The notes beneath the pieces are model-generated. The model did not search any database. It worked only from the letters and a program-made list of their open reading frames with translations, and had not been told where the DNA came from. Below, piece after piece: positions 50,588-59,046 of a stretch of 64,000 bases of DNA (position 1 is its first letter; each line of letters starts with the position of its first letter). The stretch is from Vulcanimicrobiota bacterium (GTDB taxonomy: Bacteria > Vulcanimicrobiota > Vulcanimicrobiia > Vulcanimicrobiales > Vulcanimicrobiaceae). The DNA is taken from the NCBI GenBank assembly GCA_963786105.1, contig CAWAXX010000013.1:64001-128000 (forward strand), given 5' to 3'. The position numbers and the translations under genes were made by a program.

Positions 50588-51988
50588 ATGATGCATTTTA
50601 GGCCTTGCATTCTGCGGCGAATCCATACCTGTCTCTTTTACATGGCAGCTCTGACACTAGGCGCTTGTTCCGTGCCAGGCAGCTCCTTAACAGTAGCTTC
50701 GGGGGCGAGGCCGTTATCGGAGACTCGCGCCACCAGCGCAGTCGCAACCGAGGCTGGGAGCTCACACTACATTAAACACGTCGTGATCGTGATTCAAGAG
50801 AATCGTACGTTCGACGATTTTTTTGCGACGTATCCGGGTGCGGACGGCGCGACGAGAGGTAAGCTGCATAACGGCAAGATCATTCCGTTGAAAAAAGTTC
50901 CGCTTTCGGGGGTTACGTTGTCGAATGGCTGGTCGTCGTTTGCGACCGCCTATGACGGCGGGAACATGGATGGCTTCGATTTGGATCCCTGGGGCGGTCC
51001 GGGCCGCGCGGGCCAACGCCCGTACACGTATGTTGATCCGAAACAAATAAAACCATACTGGACCATGGCGCAGCAGTACGTGCTCGCTGATCACATGTTC
51101 CAAGGCGAGGGCAGCGGAAGCTTCACGGCGCATCAAGAACTCGTCGCCGGCGGCGAGCGGGTCGACCCAACAAATAGTTTGGTCAACTGGCCGGCACCGC
51201 CCACTCCAGAACCCCATGCGTGGGGTTGTGACGCACCGCGAGGGTCAGTCACATCGCTGATCACAAAGGACAATCACTTTGAAGGCAAGGCCGGACCATT
51301 CCCCTGTCTTACATATGCCACCCTTGCCGATCAGCTCGATAACAAACATCTCTCCTGGCGATACTACTCTGGAGAGCTTAAATTGGGTGGCGCTGGTTAC
51401 ATGTGGAACGCGTTCGAGGCGATCAAAAGCGTGCGTTATGGCTCCGATTGGGGTTCGGACATTTCTACGCCGTCGACTGCAATCTTACAAGACATCGCTA
51501 AGGGAAAATTTGCCGATGTCACCTGGCTGACACCTTCGGTTCCCGACTCAGATCATGAGTATCGGGGCCGCGATCACGGACCCTCGTGGGTGGCACAAGT
51601 GGTCAATGCCATCGGGCAGAGCCCCGAATGGAAGTCGACGGCGATCATCGTCGTGTGGGATGATTGGGGCGGCCATTACGACCATGTGCCCCCGCCCCAG
51701 TTCGGATACGGCGAACTCGGTTTCCGCGTTCCGTTGCTAATCATTTCACCGTACGTCCATCCCGGACATATCTCTCACACTCAATACGAGTTCGGCAGCA
51801 TTCTGAAGTTCGTTGAAGATAACTGGGGACTCGAGCCGATGCAGGCTGGAGATCGGCGCGCGGCCAGCATCGCCGATGTTTTTGATTTTACCCAAAAGCC
51901 GCGTCCATTCAAGCCCATTCCTGCGGAAGAGCCAAGGTCGTTCTTCGAACGTGAACTTCCGTCGAATCTACCCGGCGACGGCGAGTAA
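50588..51988 (+). CDS. Phospholipase C / phosphoesterase family lipoprotein
   Basis: IKHVVIVIQENRTFDD, WDDWGGHYDHV, LGFRVPLLIISPY. Confidence 0.9.
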   Translation: MMHFRPCILRRIHTCLFYMAALTLGACSVPGSSLTVASGARPLSETRATSAVATEAGSSHYIKHVVIVIQENRTFDDFFATYPGADGATRGKLHNGKIIPLKKVPLSGVTLSNGWSSFATAYDGGNMDGFDLDPWGGPGRAGQRPYTYVDPKQIKPYWTMAQQYVLADHMFQGEGSGSFTAHQELVAGGERVDPTNSLVNWPAPPTPEPHAWGCDAPRGSVTSLITKDNHFEGKAGPFPCLTYATLADQLDNKHLSWRYYSGELKLGGAGYMWNAFEAIKSVRYGSDWGSDISTPSTAILQDIAKGKFADVTWLTPSVPDSDHEYRGRDHGPSWVAQVVNAIGQSPEWKSTAIIVVWDDWGGHYDHVPPPQFGYGELGFRVPLLIISPYVHPGHISHTQYEFGSILKFVEDNWGLEPMQAGDRRAASIADVFDFTQKPRPFKPIPAEEPRSFFERELPSNLPGDGE

Positions 51989-52023
51989 GGACCCACTTCG
52001 CGCGATCGCTGACCGCCATAGGT

Positions 52024-52461
52024 TCACCTAACCGGAAGCAGTCGCGGTCCGGGGCCTTTTTTCGCAAGCTCGTCCATCGGGTTGCGCATCGGGCAGCTAT
52101 CCAACGACAAGCAGCCGCACCCGATGCAGTCGCCGAGCTGATCGCGAAGCTCGGTGAGCCGCGCGATGCGATCGTCGAGATCGCTTTTCCAGCGCCTCGA
52201 GAGTCGCCCCCAATCTTTGGCCGTGACCGCGCGTTTTGCCGGCAGCGTGGCCAAGGCGTCGCGAATCTCTTTGAGTGGAATGCCGGCGCGCTGCGCGACC
52301 CGGATGACGGCGATGCGCCGCAGCTCGGTCCGGTCGAAGCGGCGCTGATTTGCCGCCGTGCGCTCGCTGCTAATCAAGCCTTTTGATTCGTAGAAGTGGA
52401 TCGTCGAAACGGGGACGCCGCTGCGCTTGGCGATTTCGCCGACCGAAAGGAAATCCCACAT
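52024..52461 (-). CDS. soxR: Redox-sensitive transcriptional activator SoxR
   Basis: MerR HTH (LSVGEIAKRSGV..STIHFYE), NQRRF, CIGCGCLSLDSCP [2Fe-2S] motif. Confidence 0.97.
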   Translation of the reverse strand: MWDFLSVGEIAKRSGVPVSTIHFYESKGLISSERTAANQRRFDRTELRRIAVIRVAQRAGIPLKEIRDALATLPAKRAVTAKDWGRLSRRWKSDLDDRIARLTELRDQLGDCIGCGCLSLDSCPMRNPMDELAKKGPGPRLLPVR

Positions 52462-52465
52462 GGTA

Positions 52466-52496
52466 TTGACCTCAACCATACTTGAGGTTGTATGGT
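52466..52496 (+). promoter_or_regulatory. SoxR box within a 19-bp-spacer promoter
   Basis: -35 TTGACC, dyad ACCTCAA-CCATAC-TTGAGGT, -10 TATGGT with 19-bp spacer typical of MerR family. Confidence 0.9.
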
Positions 52497-52503
52497 TTCA
52501 TTC

Positions 52504-53226
52504 ATGAACGATTGGTTTGAATCAGGTCACGTCGCGATCGTCACCGGCGGCTCGCGCGGACTCGGAAAGGCCCTGGCACGCGAGCTGCTGACGCTTGGCC
52601 TGCAGACGATTATCGACGGTCGCGATGGCGCCACGCTTGACGCGGCCGCCGAAGAACTCCGCCGGTTCGGGTCGGTGATCGCGATTGCCGGCGACGTCTC
52701 TGAAAAGAATCACGCGCACGCGCTCGTCGCGGCGGCTCGCAAACTCGGGCGGCTCGACCTGCTCGTCAACAACGCGTCGACGCTGGGCGAAACGCCGCTG
52801 CCGCGCATCGACGAGCTCTCGCAAGCGACGTTCGATGAAGTCTTCACCGTCAACGTCTTCGCGCCGATCCACCTCATCCAGCACGCGTTGCCGCTCATGC
52901 AGAAGCAGAGTCTGGCGACGATCGTCAACGTAACTTCGGATGCCGGGGTCGAAGCGTATCCCACCTGGGGAGGCTACGGAGCGTCAAAGGCGGCGCTCGA
53001 GCACGTCTCACGCGTGCTCGCCGCCGAAATCGAAGGGACGAGCGTCCGCGTGCTCGTGGCGGATCCAGGCGATATGAACACCGACATGCATCGCGCGGCG
53101 GTTCCCGATGCCGACGTCGCTCAGCTGCGCGATCCCGCCGCATCGGCGCACGCGCTCGTTCGAGCGATCGCCCAGATGAAGGCACCGTACGAGCGCGTGC
53201 GTCTCGCCGAGTTGGTGACGGCATGA
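52504..53226 (+). CDS. Short-chain dehydrogenase/reductase
   Basis: TGGSRGLG, NNAS, YGASK, DPGDMNT; ATG 52492 lies within the -10 box so 52504 preferred. Confidence 0.92.
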   Translation: MNDWFESGHVAIVTGGSRGLGKALARELLTLGLQTIIDGRDGATLDAAAEELRRFGSVIAIAGDVSEKNHAHALVAAARKLGRLDLLVNNASTLGETPLPRIDELSQATFDEVFTVNVFAPIHLIQHALPLMQKQSLATIVNVTSDAGVEAYPTWGGYGASKAALEHVSRVLAAEIEGTSVRVLVADPGDMNTDMHRAAVPDADVAQLRDPAASAHALVRAIAQMKAPYERVRLAELVTA

Positions 53227-54224
53227 CGGCTGCACTCGCCGTTTCGCAAGGGCTCGTCGAAGCGAACGAGCCGCCCGAGTATCGCGGCGTCGCGCGCGAC
53301 GCTGTCCGGCTGCTCGTGACCGATCGCGGGTCGCGCACGCAAACGCACGCCAGGTTCTTCGAACTACCGTCGCTCTTGCGCGCCGGCGATCTGCTCATCG
53401 TCAACGACTCGGCAACCGTACCGGCGGCGATCGTCGCAACGCGGGCCAACGGACAAACCGTGCCGCTGCACGTCGCAACGATGATCGACGCGCGCGTTTG
53501 GACGGCCGAGCCGCGCGGGCCGGTGCGGTTCGGTGAAGAGTTGCGCCTTCCCGGCGGCGGGTCGGCGGTGGCGATCGCTCCCGTCGAACCGGAGCATCCG
53601 CGATTGTGGTACGTGTGGTTCCAGCTGCCGCTCCCGATGCAACGCTATCTCGCAAAAGCCGGCGAGCCAATTCGTTACGGCTACGTCACGCGCCGGTTTC
53701 CGTTGAGCGACTACCAAACGATGTTCGGGCGCGAGCCGGGTTCGGCCGAGATGCCGTCGGCGGCGCGGCCGTTTACGCCGCGAGTCGTTACCGCGCTGCA
53801 CCAGCGAGGCGTGCGAATCGCTACCATCACGCTGCACAGCGGCGTGTCGAGTTTCGAGGCGCCCGAACGACCGCCGACCGAACGCTTCGCCGTTCCATAC
53901 GAAACGTCAGAAGCGGTGAACGAAGCGAGGAGTCAGGGCCGGCGAACGATCGCCGTCGGCACGACCGCGCTTCGCGCGCTGGAAAGCGCGGTCCGAGGTG
54001 ACCGAATCGTCGCGGCGTCGGGGTGGACCGATCTCGTCGTCGATGCGAGCCATGCAATGCGTTCCGCCAACGGAATGCTGACCGGTTTTCACGATCCGGC
54101 CGCAACGCATCGATGGATGCTACAAAGCCTGCTCGATAGCGAACTGCTCGATGCGGCCTATGAAACCGCAGCTGAACAAAACTACCGCTATCACGAGTTC
54201 GGTGACGTGCACCTCATCGTGTAA
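53223..54224 (+). CDS. QueA-like protein (SAM:tRNA ribosyltransferase-isomerase family, divergent clade)
   Basis: GDLLIVNDS, YQTMF, GSAEMPSAARPF, AVGTTALRALES, LTGFH, HEFGDVHLI. Confidence 0.85.
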   Translation: MTAALAVSQGLVEANEPPEYRGVARDAVRLLVTDRGSRTQTHARFFELPSLLRAGDLLIVNDSATVPAAIVATRANGQTVPLHVATMIDARVWTAEPRGPVRFGEELRLPGGGSAVAIAPVEPEHPRLWYVWFQLPLPMQRYLAKAGEPIRYGYVTRRFPLSDYQTMFGREPGSAEMPSAARPFTPRVVTALHQRGVRIATITLHSGVSSFEAPERPPTERFAVPYETSEAVNEARSQGRRTIAVGTTALRALESAVRGDRIVAASGWTDLVVDASHAMRSANGMLTGFHDPAATHRWMLQSLLDSELLDAAYETAAEQNYRYHEFGDVHLIV

Positions 54225-54604
54225 TCAGCAGGCGATCCTCCGATGTGCGGTCCAGTCACGTCTACCCAAATGCCCACCATAAATCGCGTCAATATGCATC
54301 TTCAATAATCGGGTTCGATTCCCGGCGAGCGATTTACATCGAACGTACAACCAGTTGTTGCGATGCCGCGGTCCAGCGAGATAGACTGACTCGTCGGAAG
54401 AGCTTCGCCGCCTGCGCGAGCGGCTTTTGAGTAGCGATGTGATTCGCGCATTTGGCAAAACAGCTACGAGATCAGCGGACCGTTCCGAGCCAGCCGTTGC
54501 ACCATTGAGTCACCGATTGGGATGCTTATATTACGAAGCCCTAACGTTGCCAATGCGGATCTCGGCAGGTCTGCCGGCCCCATTGCCTTCGGTTACTGGT
54601 GATT

Positions 54605-54665
54605 TTATTGAAATTCGATAAATAACTTGCCGAATATCAATAAGTATGATATTGTTTATCAATAA
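54605..54665 (+). promoter_or_regulatory. Three 17-bp imperfect palindromes at 22-bp spacing overlapping a promoter
   Basis: TTATTG-N5-CGATAA (54605), TTGCCG-N5-CAATAA (54627), ATATTG-N5-CAATAA (54649); -35 TTGCCG, 17 bp, TG-n-TATTGT. Confidence 0.75.
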
Positions 54666-54688
54666 TTCAAGCCCTGGAGGTGCCCCCG

Positions 54689-55213
54689 ATGCCTCGTCCT
54701 TCATCTACCGCGCTGCCGATCGCCGACGTCGCCCTGCGCATCCTGATCGTCCTGAACTGGTTCTACGGCGCCGTTGTCCTTGCGATTCTCGTGGGGGAGT
54801 TTGTAGACGCACAATGGATGATGACCGCTATCGGCGTTCCGCCCTCGGCGCAATCCGGTCCGTTCATTATCGGCGTGCGCGCGATCGCAGCGCTCGGACT
54901 CGTTGCCGTCCCGCTGAATCTCGCCGTGCTCAAGCGGCTGGTGGCGATGGTCCAGTCGGTGCGCGCCGACGATCCGTTCATCGCCGCGAATGCAGACCGC
55001 CTACAGGCGATCGCCTGGTTTCTGCTCGGGCAGCAGATGCTCAGCCTCGTCATCGGGCTTATCGCCAAATCCGTTTCGACGCCCGGACATCCGCTTCACT
55101 TAGATGCCGGCTTTTCGCCCAGCGGCTGGCTGGCGGTAATCCTGACCTTCGTCCTCGCGCGCGTCTTCGCCGAAGGCGCGCTGATGCGTGAAGACCTCGA
55201 AGGGACGGTGTGA
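54689..55213 (+). CDS. DUF2975-like membrane protein
   Basis: Four TM; DPFIAANADRL; ARVFAEGALMREDLEGTV. Confidence 0.85.
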   Translation: MPRPSSTALPIADVALRILIVLNWFYGAVVLAILVGEFVDAQWMMTAIGVPPSAQSGPFIIGVRAIAALGLVAVPLNLAVLKRLVAMVQSVRADDPFIAANADRLQAIAWFLLGQQMLSLVIGLIAKSVSTPGHPLHLDAGFSPSGWLAVILTFVLARVFAEGALMREDLEGTV

Positions 55214-55214
55214 C

Positions 55215-55457
55215 ATGGCCATCGCCGTCAAGCTCGACGAGCTGCTCCACGAGCGCCGAAAGACACTCACCGAGCTGGCCGAGTGCATCGACATCACGCT
55301 TGCCAACCTCTCAATCCTCAAAACCGGCAAGGCCCGCGCCATCCGATTCTCGACGCTTGAAGCGATCTGCGGCGCGCTCGGCTGCCAACCCGGTGACGTT
55401 TTGGAATTCGTCCCGGAGTCCATTGCTGGCTCCGAACAAATTCGCAAAGCTTCATAG
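55215..55457 (+). CDS. Cro/C1 HTH regulator (YozG-like)
   Basis: TLTELAECIDITLANLSILKTGKARAIRFSTLEAIC..LGCQPGD. Confidence 0.92.
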   Translation: MAIAVKLDELLHERRKTLTELAECIDITLANLSILKTGKARAIRFSTLEAICGALGCQPGDVLEFVPESIAGSEQIRKAS

Positions 55458-55471
55458 CAAAGGAATTCACC

Positions 55472-55921
55472 ATGATCTCGATTACTCACGACACCGCTAC
55501 GAACGAAACCGAGCTGGCGAACGTCGCCCAAGAGGTTTCGCTTGTCCGCATCTATGTTCTGCGCGCGACCTATCTGCTGCTCGTGATCGGGCTCGGCGGG
55601 ATGATCGTGCCCGACGTGCTGAGCCATCCGGTGATCAGCCGAGGTGTGATTCCGAGCCTGCTCGGCGCCGTGTGGCTGCTGGCGTTCGTCGGCCTCAAAT
55701 ACCCCCTCGAGATGCTTCCACTGCTAATGTTCGAGTTCGCGTGGAAAACCATCTGGATGGTGGCCTATGGCTTGCCGCAATGGTCCGCCGGGCACTTGCC
55801 ACCGACCTTCGCCGCTGATTCCTTCAACATCGGGCTTGGCGTCATCCTTATGCCGCTCGTGATCCCATGGGGCTACGTTTACCGTCATTACGTAAGGCAG
55901 TCAGGCGCACGCTGGCGCTGA
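55472..55921 (+). CDS. Hypothetical membrane protein
   Basis: SD AAGGA; hydrophobic helices; YPLEMLPLLMFEFAWK. Confidence 0.75.
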   Translation: MISITHDTATNETELANVAQEVSLVRIYVLRATYLLLVIGLGGMIVPDVLSHPVISRGVIPSLLGAVWLLAFVGLKYPLEMLPLLMFEFAWKTIWMVAYGLPQWSAGHLPPTFAADSFNIGLGVILMPLVIPWGYVYRHYVRQSGARWR

Positions 55922-56064
55922 CTGATGGTCCCAGGCGATCGTCGCACACTACTGACCGCCGACGCGGGCGACTAAGGGCCGATCCGATCGCGATTCAGGT
56001 TTTGTTCATCCTTGCCCCGTACGTTCGTCGCATAACTTCACCCGGTCGCTTCACGGAGACACCC

Positions 56065-57300
56065 ATGCATCGTTTGGCCCGGCCCGGCATTGCCGGCCTC
56101 GGTACGTTCGTCGTCATTGCTATGCTTGCAGGCTGCTCGGGAGGCGGCGGCGGACAGGGCGGCGCGTCGCTTCCCGGCGGCCCGTCCCTCGCGGGAATGA
56201 GTCACGGCGCGACGCGGGGCACGGTCGGCCTCGGAAAGGTCCTTTCCAGCAAGGACGGCGGCCAGATCTACGGCTTCGACATCAATCAGAACGGCGACGA
56301 CGGGGTGCTCGCGTCGGCCGCCGACACGTCGCAGCCCGGCGTCTTCAAAGTCTCGGTCGAGACGTTCGACCAGAACACCGGCAAAATCACCAAGTCGTTT
56401 GCGCAATTCACGGGCACAAAGAACTCTTACGCGGTTGACGGCATTTATGCCGGCGATGTCGGTCTCGTCACCCACTTCATCGTGCCGAAAGGTCAGATTT
56501 TTGCCAACCGCAAGTACCAAACGATGAATCCGGTGACCGCGCAGAAATTCACCGGGAAGTGGACGCCGCCCATCGCGGACGTCGACGTCCAGCAGGGCGC
56601 CGAAAATCAGACGACGACGACCAGCGTCCTCTTCGCGATCGAGCTCAAGAACCAAGACAAGCCCGACTTGTTCGTCTCAAACATCGCGGCCAACACGTTC
56701 AGCAACGTGATCCATTTGGATCCGAATAAGTTTGGCGGCGCCAACGGTCCCCGCCTTGGCCAATATACGGCGGCGAACGAGGCCGTCTTCGCGCTCTCTC
56801 CCGACGGCGGCAAAGTCGGCGGTTTTCCGCCCGTCAACATTTTGATCGATCTCCAAAGCGGCAACCAGTCGCAGTTCACCGGCTACAACAATGGGCCGTT
56901 CGGCGCCGGCTACGTCAACGGAATGGCGGTCGACCCCAACACCGGCGTAGAAGCGACGACCACCGAGTTGAATGCGCAAGTCGAGTTCTACGACGACAAC
57001 AAGAAGCTCGGCATCACCGCCGTGCAGCTGCCGTGCACCGGTAATGCGAGTCAGAGCAACAGCGGCGCCGGCGTTACCGTCGACCCCGTAAACAAACTCT
57101 TTTTGGTGACCGATCCGTTCTATTGCGATGGCAGCCAGGGCAGCGCGCTGGTTATTTACGACGAGAAGGGAAATCTGGTCGAAACCATCACCGGCTTCAA
57201 GTTCGCAATTGCCGAGCCGCCGGTGGTTCTCAATCCCGGCAAACGGATGGGCTGGGCGTTTGGGCCGCAGTTCAGCCAACTGCAACAATTCTTCTACTAG
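56065..57300 (+). CDS. Hypothetical lipoprotein (beta-propeller-like)
   Basis: SD GGAG, lipobox LAGC, GMAVDPNT / GVTVDPVN repeats. Confidence 0.75.
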   Translation: MHRLARPGIAGLGTFVVIAMLAGCSGGGGGQGGASLPGGPSLAGMSHGATRGTVGLGKVLSSKDGGQIYGFDINQNGDDGVLASAADTSQPGVFKVSVETFDQNTGKITKSFAQFTGTKNSYAVDGIYAGDVGLVTHFIVPKGQIFANRKYQTMNPVTAQKFTGKWTPPIADVDVQQGAENQTTTTSVLFAIELKNQDKPDLFVSNIAANTFSNVIHLDPNKFGGANGPRLGQYTAANEAVFALSPDGGKVGGFPPVNILIDLQSGNQSQFTGYNNGPFGAGYVNGMAVDPNTGVEATTTELNAQVEFYDDNKKLGITAVQLPCTGNASQSNSGAGVTVDPVNKLFLVTDPFYCDGSQGSALVIYDEKGNLVETITGFKFAIAEPPVVLNPGKRMGWAFGPQFSQLQQFFY

Positions 57301-57370
57301 GGTCCTAGGCTCCGCGACCTTCCCGCCGAACCGCTCCGGTTCGAGGCTAGCCTCATAAGGAGCGGGGAAG

Positions 57371-58234
57371 ATGATACGCCTGGGTTTGCGCGCGGCGGCC
57401 GTTATTGCCGCCGCGCTGGTGTGGTCGGTCCCGGATGCGGCCAGAGCCCTGGAGCGCATTCCGTTTACCAGCGACGACGGAACGATCAAGGTCCAGGGCA
57501 CCGTTAACGGCCAGGCCGTCCCGATGCTCGTCGACCTCAGCGCCGGCGTCGACGTGCTCTCCGAAAAGGTGGGTTCGCGCGCGGTCAACGTCTCCGGCAA
57601 GTTCGTGACCCTGAGTCTAACCGGACAGCGGGTCGATCTTCCCATCGGCACCGTCGTATCGATGGCGCTAGGCGAGTTTAAGGTGGATAGCCGGACCGTC
57701 GGAATCTGGAACGGTCTCGACGGGACGGGCGTCGACGGCTTGATTTCGGCGTCGGCATTTCGCGACGTTGCGACGACGTTCGATTTTCGTGCCCACGAAC
57801 TGCTCCTGGAAGACGCGGTGACCTATGCCGAACGCAAGCGTTTTGCTTCGCGTGTTCCGTTATTTCTGCAAGACGAACTCGGTATTTCGGTCGGCGTCTT
57901 CGCACGTTTCGATTTCGGCAACGGACAAACCGGCCTCTGCGTGATCGACACCGGCACGAAGGACATTATGATCGATCGGCGCTTTGCAGCGAAGCTCGGG
58001 GTAAATCCCGCCGATCCGGGGCTCAAGCACGTGAAAACGCCGCTCGGGCAAGGCGTTGCGGCCACGATCCCGTCGCTCACCCTCATCGGGGCTTCCGACT
58101 CGACCATGCAGCGCCCGAACGTCGTTTTCGAAGATTTGGTCTACGATTGCAACGTCGGCAACGAATTTTGGGCGAATAAAGTCTTCACGCTCGACGTTCT
58201 GCAGCGCGTCATGTACGTCGCGCCGCCGGCGTGA
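57371..58234 (+). CDS. Secreted two-domain retropepsin-like aspartyl protease
   Basis: Signal peptide; MLVDLSA...DGLIS and CVIDTG...CNVG lobes. Confidence 0.75.
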   Translation: MIRLGLRAAAVIAAALVWSVPDAARALERIPFTSDDGTIKVQGTVNGQAVPMLVDLSAGVDVLSEKVGSRAVNVSGKFVTLSLTGQRVDLPIGTVVSMALGEFKVDSRTVGIWNGLDGTGVDGLISASAFRDVATTFDFRAHELLLEDAVTYAERKRFASRVPLFLQDELGISVGVFARFDFGNGQTGLCVIDTGTKDIMIDRRFAAKLGVNPADPGLKHVKTPLGQGVAATIPSLTLIGASDSTMQRPNVVFEDLVYDCNVGNEFWANKVFTLDVLQRVMYVAPPA

Positions 58235-59046
58235 TCGGGGATCACTTTAGAACGACCTTCGGAACGCACGTCGTCGATCTGATCCGTTTGGATGCGAAAG
58301 TGCGCGAAGGAAACGACCCCGAAGCGCTGCACGAAGCGCGCGTAGCGGTACGCCGGTTACGTTCGTATCTGCGGACGTTTTTGCCGATCCTCGATCCGGT
58401 GTGGGGGAATACGCTGCGCGAGCGCTTGGCGTGGTTGAACGAGCTGTTTGCCGAGGCGCGCGATTTCGACGTTCTCGTGGCGGCGCTCGACCGCTGGGCG
58501 GACGCTCCTCCCGACGGGGCGGCGCTTCCGGAGGGTCTGCTCGAACGGCTGCACGCCGAGCGCGACCAACGCCACGCGACGGTCCAGGCGGAGCTGCGAG
58601 GTGAGCATTATCTTACGCTGCTCGAGGAAATCGTCGCAGCAGCTCGCCACCCTCAGCTCAACCAACGTGCGACCGAACCGCTGCGCGAGAGTATGCGCGA
58701 ACTACTCGCGGCGGTGTGGGAGCGGGCGCGAAAACCCATGCGCAAGTACGGCCGAGCCCCCACCGACGCCGAGCTGCACGAGTTCCGAATCAACACCAAG
58801 CACGTGCGCTATGCCGTGGAATGTTTCGAGCCGATAGCCGGAAAGCCAGCGAAAGTTCTGGCTCGTCATGCTGCGCGCTTGCAGACCGTACTCGGGCGCC
58901 GGCACGACGCGGTGATGGCGGTGGCGCACTTGCGCGGATTCCCCGGCGCACCGCCGGAGCTTTTCGACGCGTCGCCGGCGCGCTGGCGGCGTATTTGGCG
59001 AAAAATGCGGACCGCTTACCGCCGGCTGAGAAAGGCCGATCGTTGA
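58231..59046 (+). CDS. CHAD domain protein
   Basis: [47 protein letters not shown]. Confidence 0.9.
   Translation: MIGDHFRTTFGTHVVDLIRLDAKVREGNDPEALHEARVAVRRLRSYLRTFLPILDPVWGNTLRERLAWLNELFAEARDFDVLVAALDRWADAPPDGAALPEGLLERLHAERDQRHATVQAELRGEHYLTLLEEIVAAARHPQLNQRATEPLRESMRELLAAVWERARKPMRKYGRAPTDAELHEFRINTKHVRYAVECFEPIAGKPAKVLARHAARLQTVLGRRHDAVMAVAHLRGFPGAPPELFDASPARWRRIWRKMRTAYRRLRKADR

Noticed and set aside
54309..54332. tRNA T-arm-like TCGGGTTCGATTCCCGG
   Set aside because: No CCA, acceptor pairing or D/anticodon arms; may be chance or too decayed to call
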